From contig JAKFBS010000003.1 in NCBI GenBank assembly GCA_036677065.1, forward strand, positions 416,001-480,000: a stretch of DNA of 64,000 nucleotides, in the 5' to 3' direction. The position numbers and the translations under genes are program-made. Positions 63,262-64,000 of the stretch are shown one piece after another; the first letter of the stretch is position 1, and every line of letters begins with the position of its first letter. This DNA comes from Bdellovibrio sp. (GTDB lineage Bacteria > Bdellovibrionota > Bdellovibrionia > Bdellovibrionales > Bdellovibrionaceae). A model generated the notes under the pieces. It made no database searches. It saw nothing but the letters and a program-made list of their open reading frames with translations, and had not been told where the DNA came from.

Positions 63262-63275
63262 ATGATTTAAATCAT
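63262..63275. promoter_or_regulatory. Crp/Fnr-type box 5, upstream of HiPIP
   Basis: Perfect palindrome ATGATTTAAATCAT; minus-strand TAGAAT (63239-63234) 22 bp downstream. Confidence 0.85.
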
Positions 63276-63298
63276 AGATTGGTGTTTTTTTTTCAAAA

Positions 63299-63327
63299 TT
63301 GCCCATTCAGGCCACTTCATGTATACT
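63299..63327 (+). promoter_or_regulatory. Putative sigma70 promoter of the second Crp/Fnr gene
   Basis: TTGCCC-17 bp-TATACT, then AGGAG SD and ATG 63345. Confidence 0.65.
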
Positions 63328-63344
63328 TTCGTCCTAGGAGTCTT

Positions 63345-64000
63345 ATGAATACCGCATTAAAATCGGCCTTGGTTGAAATCAAAAAATTTGAGTTATTTAA
63401 AGACTTTGACGAATCTACGGTTCAGCAATTATGTGAAAATGCCAATATTAAAGTTCACGCACATAAACAAATCGTTTTTAACTTCGGCGAACCTGCAACA
63501 CATTTTGGAGTAGTATTGTCAGGCGCCTATAAGCTGACTCGTATTTCGCCTGTCGGCGAAGAATCTGTCATTCACTTCTCATCACCTGGCGATGTCGTTG
63601 CGGCTTTAGTTATGACCAAAAAAAATACTCCCTATCCAGTGACAGTAAAATCCATGGGGCCAGCGCGAATGTTAGTTATTCACCAGGATACATATCTTAA
63701 TTACTGGATTAAAAATCCAATGTTAATTATTAAAATTCAGAGCCTTTTTTCAACTCGCATGGCGAGATTGCAAAATCATAAAGTCATGCAACGAGCTCCA
63801 ATGGCTTCAAAGGTCGCCTCATTGTTATTGCAGCTAGCCGCCGATGATACCAAAACAGAAGGACAACTTGAAGTTCCACTCCCACTCACTCGTAAAGAAA
63901 TTGCAGATTCACTGGGCGTCACTGTTGAATCAGTCATTCGCGTAATGAGTGATTGGGCCAAACACGGTTACATTAGCACGACAGATCATCACATTAAAAT
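63345..64000 (+). CDS. Crp/Fnr-family regulator (DNR/NnrR-like); truncated by window end, not in ORF track
   Basis: Hand translation MNTALKSALVEIKKFELF...FNFGEPATHFGVVLSG...YPVTV...PLTRKEIADSLGVTVESVIRVMSDW. Confidence 0.9.
   Translation, partial: MNTALKSALVEIKKFELFKDFDESTVQQLCENANIKVHAHKQIVFNFGEPATHFGVVLSGAYKLTRISPVGEESVIHFSSPGDVVAALVMTKKNTPYPVTVKSMGPARMLVIHQDTYLNYWIKNPMLIIKIQSLFSTRMARLQNHKVMQRAPMASKVASLLLQLAADDTKTEGQLEVPLPLTRKEIADSLGVTVESVIRVMSDWAKHGYISTTDHHIK

Noticed and set aside
41568..64000. Low-oxygen region as a mobile genomic island
   Set aside because: No integrase, transposase, flanking tRNA or direct repeats visible; weaker codon bias may simply reflect comparison with highly expressed ribosomal genes.

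Overview
The window most likely comes from an AT-rich Bdellovibrionales-like bacterium. This is an inference from gene order and protein style, not a database result. Positions 1-40.8 kb are core genome: the end of an NtrY-like kinase, ntrX, proS, pyrF, rlmB, thpR, five tRNAs, tuf, secE-nusG, rplKAJL, rpoBC, and the str/S10/spc/alpha clusters. This core has several departures from the usual layout. A 4-gene insert, including a Rof-like Rho inhibitor, splits rplL from rpoB. The str-locus EF-G has a degenerate domain IV and is cut off from rpsG by a terminator. An initiator-tRNA remnant sits where tuf normally lies, and rplX is absent from the spc operon. Positions 41.6-64 kb form a low-oxygen/nitrogen-oxide region: a 2-oxoacid:ferredoxin oxidoreductase, an acyl-CoA dehydrogenase, a DGC-FmdE fusion, nnrS-sco-nirV-nirK(+cyt c), norDQBC (di-heme NorC), a hemerythrin-like gene, hemN-hemY, a TyrDC-like decarboxylase, resB, HiPIP and two Crp/Fnr regulators. 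The strongest unannotated signal is a palindrome ATGA(T/C)-N4-(A/G)TCAT found in five intergenic regions. Each copy lies 22-23 bp upstream of a -10-like hexamer (class II activator geometry), and for three genes the predicted transcription start falls exactly on the A of the ATG, suggesting leaderless mRNAs.
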